DNA from: Planctomycetota bacterium
Lineage (GTDB): Bacteria > Planctomycetota > UBA11346
Direction of reading: 5' to 3'
NCBI GenBank assembly: GCA_038231435.1
Contig: JBBRLJ010000046.1
Location: 1-39,868 of the forward strand
DNA length: 39,868 bases
Shown here: piece after piece, positions 9,304-18,953 of the stretch
How positions within the stretch are numbered: position 1 is the first letter of the stretch
How the letters are laid out: each line of letters begins with the position of its first letter
Program-made: the position numbers and the translations under genes
Notes under the pieces: model-generated
What the model was told of the DNA's origin: nothing
What the model saw: the letters and a program-made list of their open reading frames with translations, nothing else
Database searches by the model: none

Positions 9304-9767
9304 GGGCTCTTTCGTCCGGGAGGTGGTCGTAGCGTGGTCGGTGATGAGCATTCGCGACTCCTGGCCCAGACAAGGGCGGGGGATGGCCGAGTCCCCGGTG
9401 CGGGGTGTGCGGTGCCGGGCACACAGGAGTATACGTCGAACGCGGGCTCCGTTCGCGGGTTCGCGCAGTGGAAACAGCGCGATCCTTGCAGGCCGCGGCA
9501 ATGTATTGCCGGGTTGCGCTGTCAGTTGGGGGCTACTGCCTGCGGCCGGCGGATGCCCCGAAGGGCATCCGAAGTCGCTGCGCGACTCCCCTAACATCGG
9601 CCTCCGGCCTGTCCCCTGGAAGCAGAGAGCTGAGGAATGAGCGGGGCCAGACATCGGCTTGTCATGAAACTGGGTGATGATTCCGTGCCGGGAGCGCGTT
9701 GCTGTTTCTCTCGGTGCTTCGGCAAGGTCCCTGGCCCCCCGCCCCCTGCCCGATAGCGTGCCCGCCC

Positions 9768-12700
9768 ATGCGCCGGCTGAGGGATTCCTATGTCGACGAT
9801 CCGCGCGTAGCGGCGGCCGCCGCGGCGCTCGCGGCCGACCGCGAGCTGGTGATCGGCGCCTGCCATGGCGGGATCATCCCGGTCCTGGTGGCGGCGTTGT
9901 GCTCGCGCCCGGACGCCGCCGAGCGGCCACGCCTGCTGGTATGCAACGACCCGCAGGCCCTGGCCGAGGATCTCGAAGAGCTCGGCGTGGTGGTCGCGCA
10001 CCTGCCCGAGCTCGACCGCTTCGAGGAAGGCGAGGACGTAGCCTCGCTCTCGGGCGCCGCCACCATGGACCGCACCGGCCACAACCGCCGCATGGCCGCG
10101 CTCGAGGCGTTCTCGGCCGGCGCGCTGCTGGTGGCCAGCCCGCCGGCGGTCGAGCAGCCGGTGCCGGACATCCAGCAGGTGGTGCGCTCGAGCATCATCC
10201 TGAAACCCGGACAGGAGCATTCGCTCCATGGTCTGGTCGAGCGGTTGGTGGAAGCCGGCTACAAGGTGACCGGCGCCGTCGAGGCGCGCGGCGAACTAGC
10301 GGTGCGCGGCGGCATCATCGACATCTATCCGTGGATCGGCCAGGATCCGCTGCGCATCGAGTTCTTCGGCGACCAGGTGGATTCCATACGGCGTTTCGAC
10401 GCCTTCAGCCAGGAGTCGATCGCGCGCGCCGATGAAGCGGTGCTGGCGTCGTCCACCGGCGGGCTCGCCACCAAGGGCCTGTGGGAGCAGCTGCCGCGCA
10501 CGCCGATCGCCGTGCTCGGCGACATCCCGCTGCGCGGCCGCCTGAAGAAGGATCACGGCCGCCGTGAGCTGCGCTTCGCCCGCCAGCTCGAGCAGGGCGC
10601 GCTCGACGGCTCGTCGCTGGGCGTCGAGCGCCTGCGCGGCGACCTCAAGCGCGGCCTCGCCGAACTCAAGCGCCTCGCTGTCGAACTCTCTGGCGGAGAC
10701 GCCGCACGCCGCACGCCGCACGCCGCACCCATTCTGCTCCTGGCGCGAAACGACGAGGCCAAGCGTGAGCTCGAGGCGCACTGTGCCGATCACGATGTCG
10801 TCGCCGAGGTGCGCGTCGGGCGGCTCAGCTCGGGATTCCGCGATCTCGAGCGCGGCCTGGTGGTCGCCCACGACTTCGAGCTCGCCGAGCGCGAGCCGGC
10901 CAAGCGCCGCGGCGCGCGCATCGCAGGCGGCCAGCCGCTGGCCTCGCTCACCGATCTCAAGCGCAACGACCTGGTGGTGCACCTGCGCCATGGCATCGGC
11001 GTGTTCAAGGGCATGGCCACGCTCGAGAAGCGCGGCTTCCTCGAGGACTTCCTGCTGCTCGAATTCGCCGAGGGCACCAAGCTCTATGTCCCCGTCGATG
11101 CGATCGACCTGGTGCAGAAATATGTCGGCGCCACCGGACGCACCCCCGAGCTGTCGAAGATCGGCGGCGCGGCGTGGGCGAAGAAGCGCGAGAAGGCCGA
11201 GAAGGCGGTGCAGGACATGGCCGGCGAGCTGCTGCGCAACGCCGCGCGCCGCGTCGCCGCCGGAGGTCTGGTGTTCAAGGCCGATTCGCCCGAGATCCGC
11301 CGCTTCGAGAGCTCGTTCCCCTACGAGGAGACCGAGGACCAGCTCGCCGCGGTGCGCGAGGTGAAGGCCGACATGGAGCAGCCGATCGCCATGGATCGCC
11401 TGCTCTGCGGCGATGTCGGCTTCGGCAAGACCGAGGTGGCGATGCGCGCGGCCTTCAAGGCCGTCGCCTCGGGCTTCCAGGTGGCGATCCTGGTGCCGAC
11501 CACGCTGCTGGCAGAGCAGCACCTCGAGTCCTTCACCGAACGCTTCGCCGGATTCCCCGCGAAGGTGGCGGGACTGAACCGCTTCCACGAACCCAAGGCG
11601 CGGCGCGAAGTGCTCGAGCGCGCCGCCAAGGGCGAAGTCGACGTGGTGATCGGCACCCATGCCATCCTCACCGAGAAGCTATCGTTCAAGAACCTCGGCC
11701 TGCTGGTGATCGACGAGGAGCACCGCTTCGGCGTGAAGCAGAAGGAGAAGCTCAAGGCGGTGCGCTCCGGCTGCGACGTGCTCACGCTCTCGGCGACGCC
11801 GATCCCGCGCACGCTGCACTTCTCATTGCTGGGCCTGAGGGACATCAGCGTGCTCGCCGAGGCTCCGGCCGAGCGCCTGGCTGTCGAGACGCGGGTCGCG
11901 CCGTGGGACGACCAGCTGGTGCGCCACGCGCTGGAACGGGAACTTGAACGAAAAGGCCAGGCCTTCGTGGTGCACAACCGCGCCCAGGATCTCGATTCGC
12001 TCGCGCACAAGCTGTCGCGCCTCGTGCCGGCGATCAAGCTCGACACCATCCACGGACAGATGGACGAGGACCGCATCGCGCGCGTCATGGAGGCGTTCCG
12101 GCACAAGCAGCTCGATTGCCTGGTCACCACTTCCATCATCGAGTCGGGCATCGACATCCCGAACGCCAACACCTTGTTCGTCAACAACGCGCACTGCTTC
12201 GGCCTGGCTGAATTGCATCAGATCCGCGGGCGCATCGGCCGCTTCACGCGCCAGGCGTTCGCCTACTTCCTGACCCCGCCGAACCGCGAACTGGGCGAAG
12301 AGGCGCGCGAACGGCTGAACGCGATCCAGGAATACGCCGAGCTCGGCGCCGGTTTCAAGCTGGCGATGCGCGACCTCGAGCTGCGCGGCGCCGGCAATCT
12401 GCTCGGCCCGGAGCAGAGCGGCCAGATCGACGCCATCGGCTACGAGCTCTACACCAAGCTGCTCGGCGAGGCGGTGCGGCGCCAGGAAGCGGGCCTGCCG
12501 ACGGCCGCCCCCACGCTCGCGGGCGGCGCGGCGAAGACCGTGCTCAAGGCGACGGATTCCGGCTCGGTCGCCGGCGACAAACTCGCCGCGGCCATGGGTC
12601 ATAGCGACACCGGCGAGACCCTGCTCGGGCTGATGGTCGACGCCTACATCCCCGACACCTGGCTCGAGACGCCGGCGCTGAAGTTCGAGGTGCACAAGCA

Positions 12701-13058
12701 GCTCGACACCTGCCGGCGCATCAGCGATCTCGCCAGCCTCGCCCACGGCGTGCGCGACCGCTACGGCGCGCTGGTGCCGCCGGTGGCCAGGCTGTTCCAG
12801 ATCCGCGCCATCCGCATCCGCGCGCGTGAGCTCGGGGTCAAACGCATCGACGTCCAGGATCGCCACCTGCGCCTGCACCTCAGCGGCGCGCTGCCGAAGG
12901 AGCTGGCCTCGGTGAAGCTTCCCGAACTCGTCCATCTGCAGCTCGATGCCGGCGTGCTGGTGATGTTCCTGCGCGCCAAGCTCGACCAGGACGGAGCCCT
13001 GGGCGTGCTCTGCCGATTGCTCAGCCTCGATCTCGGCTTCCTCGGCAAGGGCTTCTAG
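9768..13058 (+). CDS. mfd: Transcription-repair coupling factor
   Basis: UvrB-like segment (VRGGIIDIYP), RID (VVHLRHGIG), DRLLCGDVGFGKTEVA, DEEHRFG, SATPIPRT, QIRGRIGR, TRG motif RDLELRGAGNLLG, C-terminal TRCF domain. Confidence 0.95.
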   Translation: MRRLRDSYVDDPRVAAAAAALAADRELVIGACHGGIIPVLVAALCSRPDAAERPRLLVCNDPQALAEDLEELGVVVAHLPELDRFEEGEDVASLSGAATMDRTGHNRRMAALEAFSAGALLVASPPAVEQPVPDIQQVVRSSIILKPGQEHSLHGLVERLVEAGYKVTGAVEARGELAVRGGIIDIYPWIGQDPLRIEFFGDQVDSIRRFDAFSQESIARADEAVLASSTGGLATKGLWEQLPRTPIAVLGDIPLRGRLKKDHGRRELRFARQLEQGALDGSSLGVERLRGDLKRGLAELKRLAVELSGGDAARRTPHAAPILLLARNDEAKRELEAHCADHDVVAEVRVGRLSSGFRDLERGLVVAHDFELAEREPAKRRGARIAGGQPLASLTDLKRNDLVVHLRHGIGVFKGMATLEKRGFLEDFLLLEFAEGTKLYVPVDAIDLVQKYVGATGRTPELSKIGGAAWAKKREKAEKAVQDMAGELLRNAARRVAAGGLVFKADSPEIRRFESSFPYEETEDQLAAVREVKADMEQPIAMDRLLCGDVGFGKTEVAMRAAFKAVASGFQVAILVPTTLLAEQHLESFTERFAGFPAKVAGLNRFHEPKARREVLERAAKGEVDVVIGTHAILTEKLSFKNLGLLVIDEEHRFGVKQKEKLKAVRSGCDVLTLSATPIPRTLHFSLLGLRDISVLAEAPAERLAVETRVAPWDDQLVRHALERELERKGQAFVVHNRAQDLDSLAHKLSRLVPAIKLDTIHGQMDEDRIARVMEAFRHKQLDCLVTTSIIESGIDIPNANTLFVNNAHCFGLAELHQIRGRIGRFTRQAFAYFLTPPNRELGEEARERLNAIQEYAELGAGFKLAMRDLELRGAGNLLGPEQSGQIDAIGYELYTKLLGEAVRRQEAGLPTAAPTLAGGAAKTVLKATDSGSVAGDKLAAAMGHSDTGETLLGLMVDAYIPDTWLETPALKFEVHKQLDTCRRISDLASLAHGVRDRYGALVPPVARLFQIRAIRIRARELGVKRIDVQDRHLRLHLSGALPKELASVKLPELVHLQLDAGVLVMFLRAKLDQDGALGVLCRLLSLDLGFLGKGF

Positions 13059-13080
13059 CAGAGCCAGCGCGAGCGACTGC

Positions 13081-13128
13081 GAGCCGCATCGCTGGAGATG
13101 CAGGAGTCGCTGGAGCCGCTGGAGTCGA
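13081..13128. repeat. Degenerate 9-bp tandem repeat (GCTGGAGNC) after mfd
   Basis: gctggagat gcaggagtc gctggagcc gctggagtc. Confidence 0.55.
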
Positions 13129-13258
13129 TTGAAGAAGGACCGAATAGACCCCTGCGGCGCTGTCCAGGGCTTCGCCGTCGAACAACCCTGCCTCACTCCC
13201 GCTGAGCCCCCTGCGGGTAGCGCTTGCTCCGACCCGTCCGCCCGGGCTATGCTTGGGT

Positions 13259-15058
13259 ATGGGTCTCCCTCACCCCGGCCGTTCCCGGATGGCGCTGCGC
13301 TGCGCCTGGCTGCTCGCGATCGTCGCGTCAGCAGGCGCACTCGAGGCGCCGCCCGGCATCGTCGCGATGCCGGCGCCCGAGAGCGTGCAGGAGACCTGGG
13401 GCGGCTCGGCGGTGGTGATCTCCGCCGATGGCACCGCGATCACCCTCGCCGAGGCGCTGCCCGGCGATCCGGCCGCCAAGGGTGGTGAACCCAAGATCGG
13501 CGATCACGTCACGGTGGTGATCGAGGGCGGTCGACGCCGCTCCGCCGAGATCATCCGCCGCGGCGCCGCGACCACCGCAGTGCTGCTGAAGATCGACGCT
13601 TGGCCGGCCGACATCGCCCCGGTGCCGCTCGGCGACAGCCGCGCGCTCGCGATCGGCAGCCGCGCCTGGACGGCCGGAAACGCCTGCGGCGCGATCGAGC
13701 AGGACGGGGCATCTGCCATCTCGCGCGGCGTGGTGAGCGGCCTGTACGACATCCCCACCGACGCTCCGCCGGTGCGCGGGCGCATGGGCCGCGTGCTCAG
13801 CGCCTACCGCGGCCCGGTCCTAGAGATCGACGCCGGCGTCAACGACGGCAGCCAGGGCGGCGCGCTGCTCGACGCGCGCGGACGCTGCATCGCGCTGGTG
13901 AGCCTCGGTCAGGCGCGCGACCGCCGGCTCGGCACCGCCATCCCGATGCATCTCATCGCCGCCGACCTGCAACTCCCCTTCGAGCAGTCCCCTCCGATGA
14001 CTTCCCCCGACGTCCGAGCCGGAGACGACGCCGCGCTCGGTGAGAAGGCCGCTGGCGCGGCGCGCAGCATGGCGCTGGTGTATTTCGAGCGCCCCGAGGG
14101 CCTGGGCAATCCTGAGAATGTCCCGCGTCCGCCGCGCGCGGTCGCCGATGCGCCGCTGTCCGAGCGCGACCGGCTGCAACGCTGGTGGGATCTCTACTAC
14201 AATCAGCAACAGGTATTCTACACCGATCAGCCGGCGCCGGCGATCGTCGTCGACGCCAAGGCCGGGCTGCTGATCACCGCCGCTGGCAATCTCCACGGCG
14301 GCGCCAAGCGGGGACGCGTACTGCTCGGGGCCGATCGCTCGATCACCTGCGAGGTGCTGGCGGTCAACAAGCCCCTCGACATCGCGCTGCTCAAGGCCGC
14401 CTCGGCGCTGCCCTGCGAGGACGCGCCGTTCGCCCCGCGTCCCGAGGTCTCCGACGCGGTCGCGCTGGTCGCGCCGCTGCGCCCCGGCTCCGATCCGCGC
14501 GCGTCGTTCACCATGACCCGCGGCGTCATCTCGGCGACCGGGCGGCATCTCATGCAGAGTGTGCACACCTGGCTGCAGATCGACGCGCGCGCGAATTATG
14601 CGAGCCTGGGCGGAGCCGCGGTCGACGCCTCCGGCCGCATCGTCGGCATGGCGGTGCTGCTCGCTCCTCAGGGCGAATGGCTGATCAATTCGGGCGTGGC
14701 CATGGTGCTCGACGCGGCCGCCATCGCCCACGCGCTCGTGCCGCTCAAGGAAGGCATCGGCACCGCCGAGCTGCCCACTCTGGGCATGGGCGTCAACCTC
14801 AACCCGCGCCCGATCGACGGCCGTCCGCGGCTCGAGGGCGTGATCGCCGGCACCGGCGCCGAGGCCGCCGGGCTGAAGGCCGGCGACGTGCTCCAACGCG
14901 TGGACGGCACCCCCGCCACCAGCGTCGCGGCGGTGGCCCGTGCGCTGCTCAAACACCGCGCCGGCGACAAGGTCACGGTCGAGTACGAGCGCGACGGCAA
15001 GCCGCTCTCCACCGATGTCGAACTCAGCGAGTTCCGCCGCGATCGCGAGAAGCCGTGA
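13259..15058 (+). CDS. Secreted protein with two trypsin-like (HtrA-type) domains lacking catalytic residues, plus a C-terminal PDZ domain
   Basis: Signal peptide; GGSAVVISADG..ITLAEAL...DAGVNDGSQGGAL and LLITAAGNL...DARANYASLGGAA; PDZ GAEAAGLKAGDVL. Start could be 13259 or 13289. Confidence 0.8.
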   Translation: MGLPHPGRSRMALRCAWLLAIVASAGALEAPPGIVAMPAPESVQETWGGSAVVISADGTAITLAEALPGDPAAKGGEPKIGDHVTVVIEGGRRRSAEIIRRGAATTAVLLKIDAWPADIAPVPLGDSRALAIGSRAWTAGNACGAIEQDGASAISRGVVSGLYDIPTDAPPVRGRMGRVLSAYRGPVLEIDAGVNDGSQGGALLDARGRCIALVSLGQARDRRLGTAIPMHLIAADLQLPFEQSPPMTSPDVRAGDDAALGEKAAGAARSMALVYFERPEGLGNPENVPRPPRAVADAPLSERDRLQRWWDLYYNQQQVFYTDQPAPAIVVDAKAGLLITAAGNLHGGAKRGRVLLGADRSITCEVLAVNKPLDIALLKAASALPCEDAPFAPRPEVSDAVALVAPLRPGSDPRASFTMTRGVISATGRHLMQSVHTWLQIDARANYASLGGAAVDASGRIVGMAVLLAPQGEWLINSGVAMVLDAAAIAHALVPLKEGIGTAELPTLGMGVNLNPRPIDGRPRLEGVIAGTGAEAAGLKAGDVLQRVDGTPATSVAAVARALLKHRAGDKVTVEYERDGKPLSTDVELSEFRRDREKP

Positions 15059-16335
15059 GCGCGCATCGCCCGGCTGTGGTGCGCTTGCTCGGAGCGCGCA
15101 TGCTGATGTCGACGGCGCTCGCGCTGTGCCCGATGCTGACCGCCTTGGGCGCCTCCGCGCCGTCGGCAGACGTGGATGCCAACGCCCATTCCGCGGGCTC
15201 GCTGCCCAAGGAGCTCGTCCAGCGCATGCTCGGCGCCTACGTGTTCGTCGGCGGTGGCAGCGGCGTGCTGGTCGGCACCGACGGCCTGATCCTCACCAAC
15301 CACCACGTCATCGATTGGCTCGACGATTTCACCGTGCGCACCGCCGACGGCGCGGCCTGGCCGGCGAAGCTGCTCGGCAGCGATCCGGTCGGCGACATCG
15401 CGCTCTTGCAGATCGATCCCGCCGCGCGCGCCGCGGCCAAGCGCGATTTCGCTGGCGTCGAGCTGGCGCCGGCCTCGGCCCTGCTGCCAGGCGCAGAGGT
15501 GGTGGCGATCGGCAACCCCTTCGCACTGGGCGACTACGACGACGTGCCCACGCTCACCACCGGGATCCTCAGCTCGGGACGCATCGTGCGCGGCGGCTAC
15601 ACCGACGCGGTGCAGGGCGACGCGCCGGTGAATCCCGGCAATTCCGGCGGCCCGCTCTTCGACCACCAGGCGCGTCTGCTGGGCATCAACGGCCAGATCC
15701 GCTCGCTCACCGGTTTCCGCATCAACAGCGGCATCGGCCTGGCGGTCGCCAGCCCCCAGCTCGCCGCGTTCATGCCCCTGCTGCTGGCGGCCGACGGCGG
15801 CTACGTGCGCCACACCGCCGCGCCGAAGGGGCTCGAGCTTTCGCCCGCGCCCGAGGGCGTGATGGTGAAGGCGGCCGGCACCTCGCCGCTGCTGCCCGGC
15901 GATCTGCTGGTCTCGGTCGCGGGCCGCCGGGCCACTTCGGTCGCCTCGGCGCTCGGACTGTTCGCCTCGCTGCCCTGGAAGGAGGGCGCCGCCGCGACCG
16001 TGGCGATCGAGCGCGGCTCAGCACATGAACGCATCGAGATCGAGGTCGCGCTCGCTCGCACCCCGATCCCGGGGCGCCCGTACCACGGACTGACCTTTGC
16101 CGAGACCGAAGCCGGCACGATCATCGACCACGTCGACGCCGACTGTCCGGCCGCGTTCGCCGGTCTCACCGCCGGCAGCACGCTGACCTCGGTCGCCGGC
16201 AAGGCCATCACCACCAAGGTCTCGCTCTTGCGCGCGCTGGTCGCCTGCGAGATCGGCGATCGCGTCGAGTTCACTGTCCGCGACCGAGCGGGCCAGACCA
16301 AGACCGTGACGCTGCTGTTCAAGCAGCATCCCTAG
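15055..16335 (+). CDS. HtrA/DegP-like serine protease with PDZ-like domains
   Basis: GSGVLV, LTNHHVI, DIALL, AIGNPF, DAPVNPGNSGGPL (intact triad); GTG overlaps the upstream TGA. Confidence 0.88.
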   Translation: MSAHRPAVVRLLGARMLMSTALALCPMLTALGASAPSADVDANAHSAGSLPKELVQRMLGAYVFVGGGSGVLVGTDGLILTNHHVIDWLDDFTVRTADGAAWPAKLLGSDPVGDIALLQIDPAARAAAKRDFAGVELAPASALLPGAEVVAIGNPFALGDYDDVPTLTTGILSSGRIVRGGYTDAVQGDAPVNPGNSGGPLFDHQARLLGINGQIRSLTGFRINSGIGLAVASPQLAAFMPLLLAADGGYVRHTAAPKGLELSPAPEGVMVKAAGTSPLLPGDLLVSVAGRRATSVASALGLFASLPWKEGAAATVAIERGSAHERIEIEVALARTPIPGRPYHGLTFAETEAGTIIDHVDADCPAAFAGLTAGSTLTSVAGKAITTKVSLLRALVACEIGDRVEFTVRDRAGQTKTVTLLFKQHP

Positions 16336-16402
16336 TCTCCAGCGTATCGCTCGCACCGCCCTCTGGCGGATGCATGACGGCCGCGGCGGATAGGCTCGCG
16401 CC

Positions 16403-16999
16403 ATGACGCCCCCCCACTGTCTCGCAATCATGGCAGGCGGCGCGAGCACGCGCATGGGGCGCGACAAAAGCGCGCTAGTGATCGCGGGCGAGACCGTGCT
16501 CGCGCGGCTGTGCCGAGCCGGTCGCGCCTGCGGCCTGCGCGTGCTGGTGATCGGTCGCGAGGCCCGCGATCAGCCGGATGCCGACGAGGGCCGCGCGGAT
16601 GCGACCTGGCTCGTGGACCTGGTGCCGGGCCAAGGGCCGCTCGGCGGGCTCGCCACCGCACTGCAGGCGGCGGAATCCGTGCTCATGATCGGCTGCGACA
16701 TGCCCGCGCTGGGCGAACGCGAACTCGGCTGGCTGCGCGACCGCGCCGCTGAGCATGCTGACCGCGACGCGTTGCTGTGCGAGACCCGGGGCGGCATCGA
16801 GCCGCTGTTCTCGTGGTACCACCGGCGGCTGTCACCGGCGATCGTCCAGCGCCTGCGCGACGGCAAGCGCGCGCTGCACGACCTCGCCGAGGAAGCCGGC
16901 GTCGCGCGCCTGGCCGTTCCGGACTGGCTGGCTCCATCACTGGTGAACGTCAACACACCCGCGGAATGGACCGCATTCCTCGCCCGACCACGCGGCTGA
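16403..16999 (+). CDS. mobA: Molybdenum cofactor guanylyltransferase
   Basis: MAGGASTRMGRDKS, GPLGGL, GCDMP, EPLFSWY, NVNTP. Confidence 0.9.
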   Translation: MTPPHCLAIMAGGASTRMGRDKSALVIAGETVLARLCRAGRACGLRVLVIGREARDQPDADEGRADATWLVDLVPGQGPLGGLATALQAAESVLMIGCDMPALGERELGWLRDRAAEHADRDALLCETRGGIEPLFSWYHRRLSPAIVQRLRDGKRALHDLAEEAGVARLAVPDWLAPSLVNVNTPAEWTAFLARPRG

Positions 17000-17008
17000 C
17001 GCGGCGGG

Positions 17009-18052
17009 TCAGACCGTCGGGGCGCCCGGATGGAGTGCCGCGTCCACCGCGTCGGCGAAGCGCGCGAAGCCGATGGCGAACGGGTGCAGCCCGTCGGGCA
17101 GGTAGCGGTGGTCGTGCGGCATCAGGTCACCGATGATTTCGAGACGCGGCGCGAAGCGCGTGAGCGCGGCACGGATGTCCTCACGCACGCGCCCAGCGCG
17201 TGCGCCGGTCTCGCGGTCGAGGATCACGCCGGCGAAATCCGGCGGGCCCTTGCCGTCCTCGCACGGCTTCCACGGCGGCAGCATCCACGCCACGCGTCCG
17301 TGGCCACCTGAGAGCGCCAGCTCGGCCATCGCCGCAGCGCGCTCACCCGCGACCGTCGCGTCGCTCTCCTTCCACGAGTGGTTGCTGCCCAGGGCGATCG
17401 TCACCAGCTCCCACCGGCGTTCACCGAGCGCGTGCGCGAACACCCGGGGCTCGATGCCGATGCCGCCGACGCCGAGGTTGCGCACGGGCATAGCCCAGCG
17501 CCGCGACAGACGGTGCACCCAGTTCTTCAGCGGCGACTGCACCGTGAAGCCCTGGGTCAAGCTGTCGCCGATCGCCAGCCAGCGTAGCGGGGGCGCGGGC
17601 GCCAGCTCGACCCGAGCGCCATCGGCGAGCTCAAGGCCGGCGAATTCGCAGGTCGAGATCAACGGCAGCCACAGCGCCGCAGCGCGCGTCTCGCCCCCAC
17701 GTTCGAGCCCGGTCGGGAAGCGCACCACCACGGCGCTGTCGCGTTCGCGCAGATCGCCGCTGTCCACCGTGACCACGCCAGCGTCCGTCTCCACCTCGAG
17801 CGCCACGCCGACCGGCACTAGCTGGTGATGGCGCAGCCGCTCGAGGCGCAGCCCGATCCACGGGCTATCGGTGGCCAGGCGGATGGCGCAACCGGTCGAG
17901 GAACGCAGGTTCGCCAATGGCCCGATCTGGCCAGCGACGGCGGTGTAGGCCTCGCGCGTGAAGCGTTCGAGCCTGACTGCGCCCGCGCTTCCCGGGATCG
18001 GAGGTTGGGGCGCTACGAAGGACAGGCGCGGGTCGGTGGCGGCGATGAGCAT
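17009..18052 (-). CDS. SGNH/GDSL family hydrolase
   Basis: AIGDSLTQG (block I), NLGVGG, LGSN, DGLHP; start at ATG 18052, just downstream of the pduO stop. Confidence 0.85.
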   Translation of the reverse strand: MLIAATDPRLSFVAPQPPIPGSAGAVRLERFTREAYTAVAGQIGPLANLRSSTGCAIRLATDSPWIGLRLERLRHHQLVPVGVALEVETDAGVVTVDSGDLRERDSAVVVRFPTGLERGGETRAAALWLPLISTCEFAGLELADGARVELAPAPPLRWLAIGDSLTQGFTVQSPLKNWVHRLSRRWAMPVRNLGVGGIGIEPRVFAHALGERRWELVTIALGSNHSWKESDATVAGERAAAMAELALSGGHGRVAWMLPPWKPCEDGKGPPDFAGVILDRETGARAGRVREDIRAALTRFAPRLEIIGDLMPHDHRYLPDGLHPFAIGFARFADAVDAALHPGAPTV

Positions 18053-18057
18053 GGCGG

Positions 18058-18639
18058 TCAGCGCGCGTGGCGACCCGGGGCCCACAGCACGTCGTAGGCG
18101 CCGTCGCCGTTGCACTGGCGCGCCCAGATGAAGCACAGGTCGGACAGACGGTTGAGGTAGCGCAAGATCTCGGGATTGAACGCGCGCGACGGCAGTGCGT
18201 GGGTGGCGGCGACCACCTCGCGCTCGGCGCGGCGCACCGCCACGCGTGCCATGTGCATCCATGCCGCAGGGCGGGCGCCGCCCGGCAGCACGAAGCTGGT
18301 CAGTGGCGCGAGGCCGGCGTTGGCCGCGGCCGCGGCGGCTTCGAGCCGCGCGATCTGGGACGGCGCGATGCGCGGGATCTTGGCTTCGTGCGCGCCGCCG
18401 GGCGGAGTCGCCAGATCCGAGCCGAGATCGAAGAGGTCGTTCTGGATGCGCGGCAGCTCGGCCGCGATCACATCGGGCACCACCTCGAGGCGGACCATGC
18501 CGAGCACGGTATTGGCCTCGTCGACACTGCCGATGGCGACGATCAGCGCGTGATCCTTGGGCAGGCGGGATCCGTCGGACAGGCCGGTGGAGCCGTCGTC
18601 GCCGGTGCGGGTGATGATGGTATTCAACCTGATCGGCAT
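18058..18639 (-). CDS. pduO: ATP:cob(I)alamin adenosyltransferase, PduO type
   Basis: TRTGDDGSTGL, GSVDEAN, QNDLFDLG, FVLPGG, RRAER, YLNRLSD. Confidence 0.93.
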   Translation of the reverse strand: MPIRLNTIITRTGDDGSTGLSDGSRLPKDHALIVAIGSVDEANTVLGMVRLEVVPDVIAAELPRIQNDLFDLGSDLATPPGGAHEAKIPRIAPSQIARLEAAAAAANAGLAPLTSFVLPGGARPAAWMHMARVAVRRAEREVVAATHALPSRAFNPEILRYLNRLSDLCFIWARQCNGDGAYDVLWAPGRHAR

Positions 18640-18651
18640 GCTGGCTCTCTT

Positions 18652-18788
18652 TCAGGGGCTTCGCCCCAACGGCCCAGCGGGCCTACCCCACGGGCGTGGT
18701 CGGGGCGCGGATTAAACGGCGGAGCCGGGTAATCACTCGGCGGATGGGCTGCGCCCATTGCATCCGCCGACCGCCCCTCGGCGCCCGC
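18652..18788. repeat. Structured intergenic repeat, copy D (inverted relative to A-C)
   Basis: Its reverse complement aligns end-to-end with unit 1-144 (GCGGGCGCCGAGGGGCGGT...GGGGTAGGCCC...GGGGC-GAA-GCCCCTGA). Confidence 0.85.
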
Positions 18789-18953
18789 CCCATCGCGGGG
18801 GCGATAGGGCCCCCGGGTAGGGAGTTTCGGGGGGCGGGACCTTCAGAGTTCGGCCTTCGGGTCTGGAGGGTGACGGAGTGTAGATGCGTCGGCGGGGGAC
18901 GCCATCGGGGTGGGGGCATTAACTAATGTGGGCCGGTGCCTATGGTTGGGCGC

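Noticed and set aside
9600..9720. SAM, lysine, glycine or TPP riboswitch, or 6S RNA, upstream of mfd
   Set aside because: Only fragmentary resemblance; the diagnostic conserved cores and lengths do not fit.
14185..15054. 290-aa N-terminal extension of the HtrA ORF
   Set aside because: It overlaps the upstream gene out of frame and has low-complexity composition; the real start is at the GTGA overlap or slightly later.
18640..18930. Cobalamin riboswitch upstream of pduO
   Set aside because: No B12-box or GGGAA/GCCACTG core was found on the minus strand; the structure is explained by repeat copy D.
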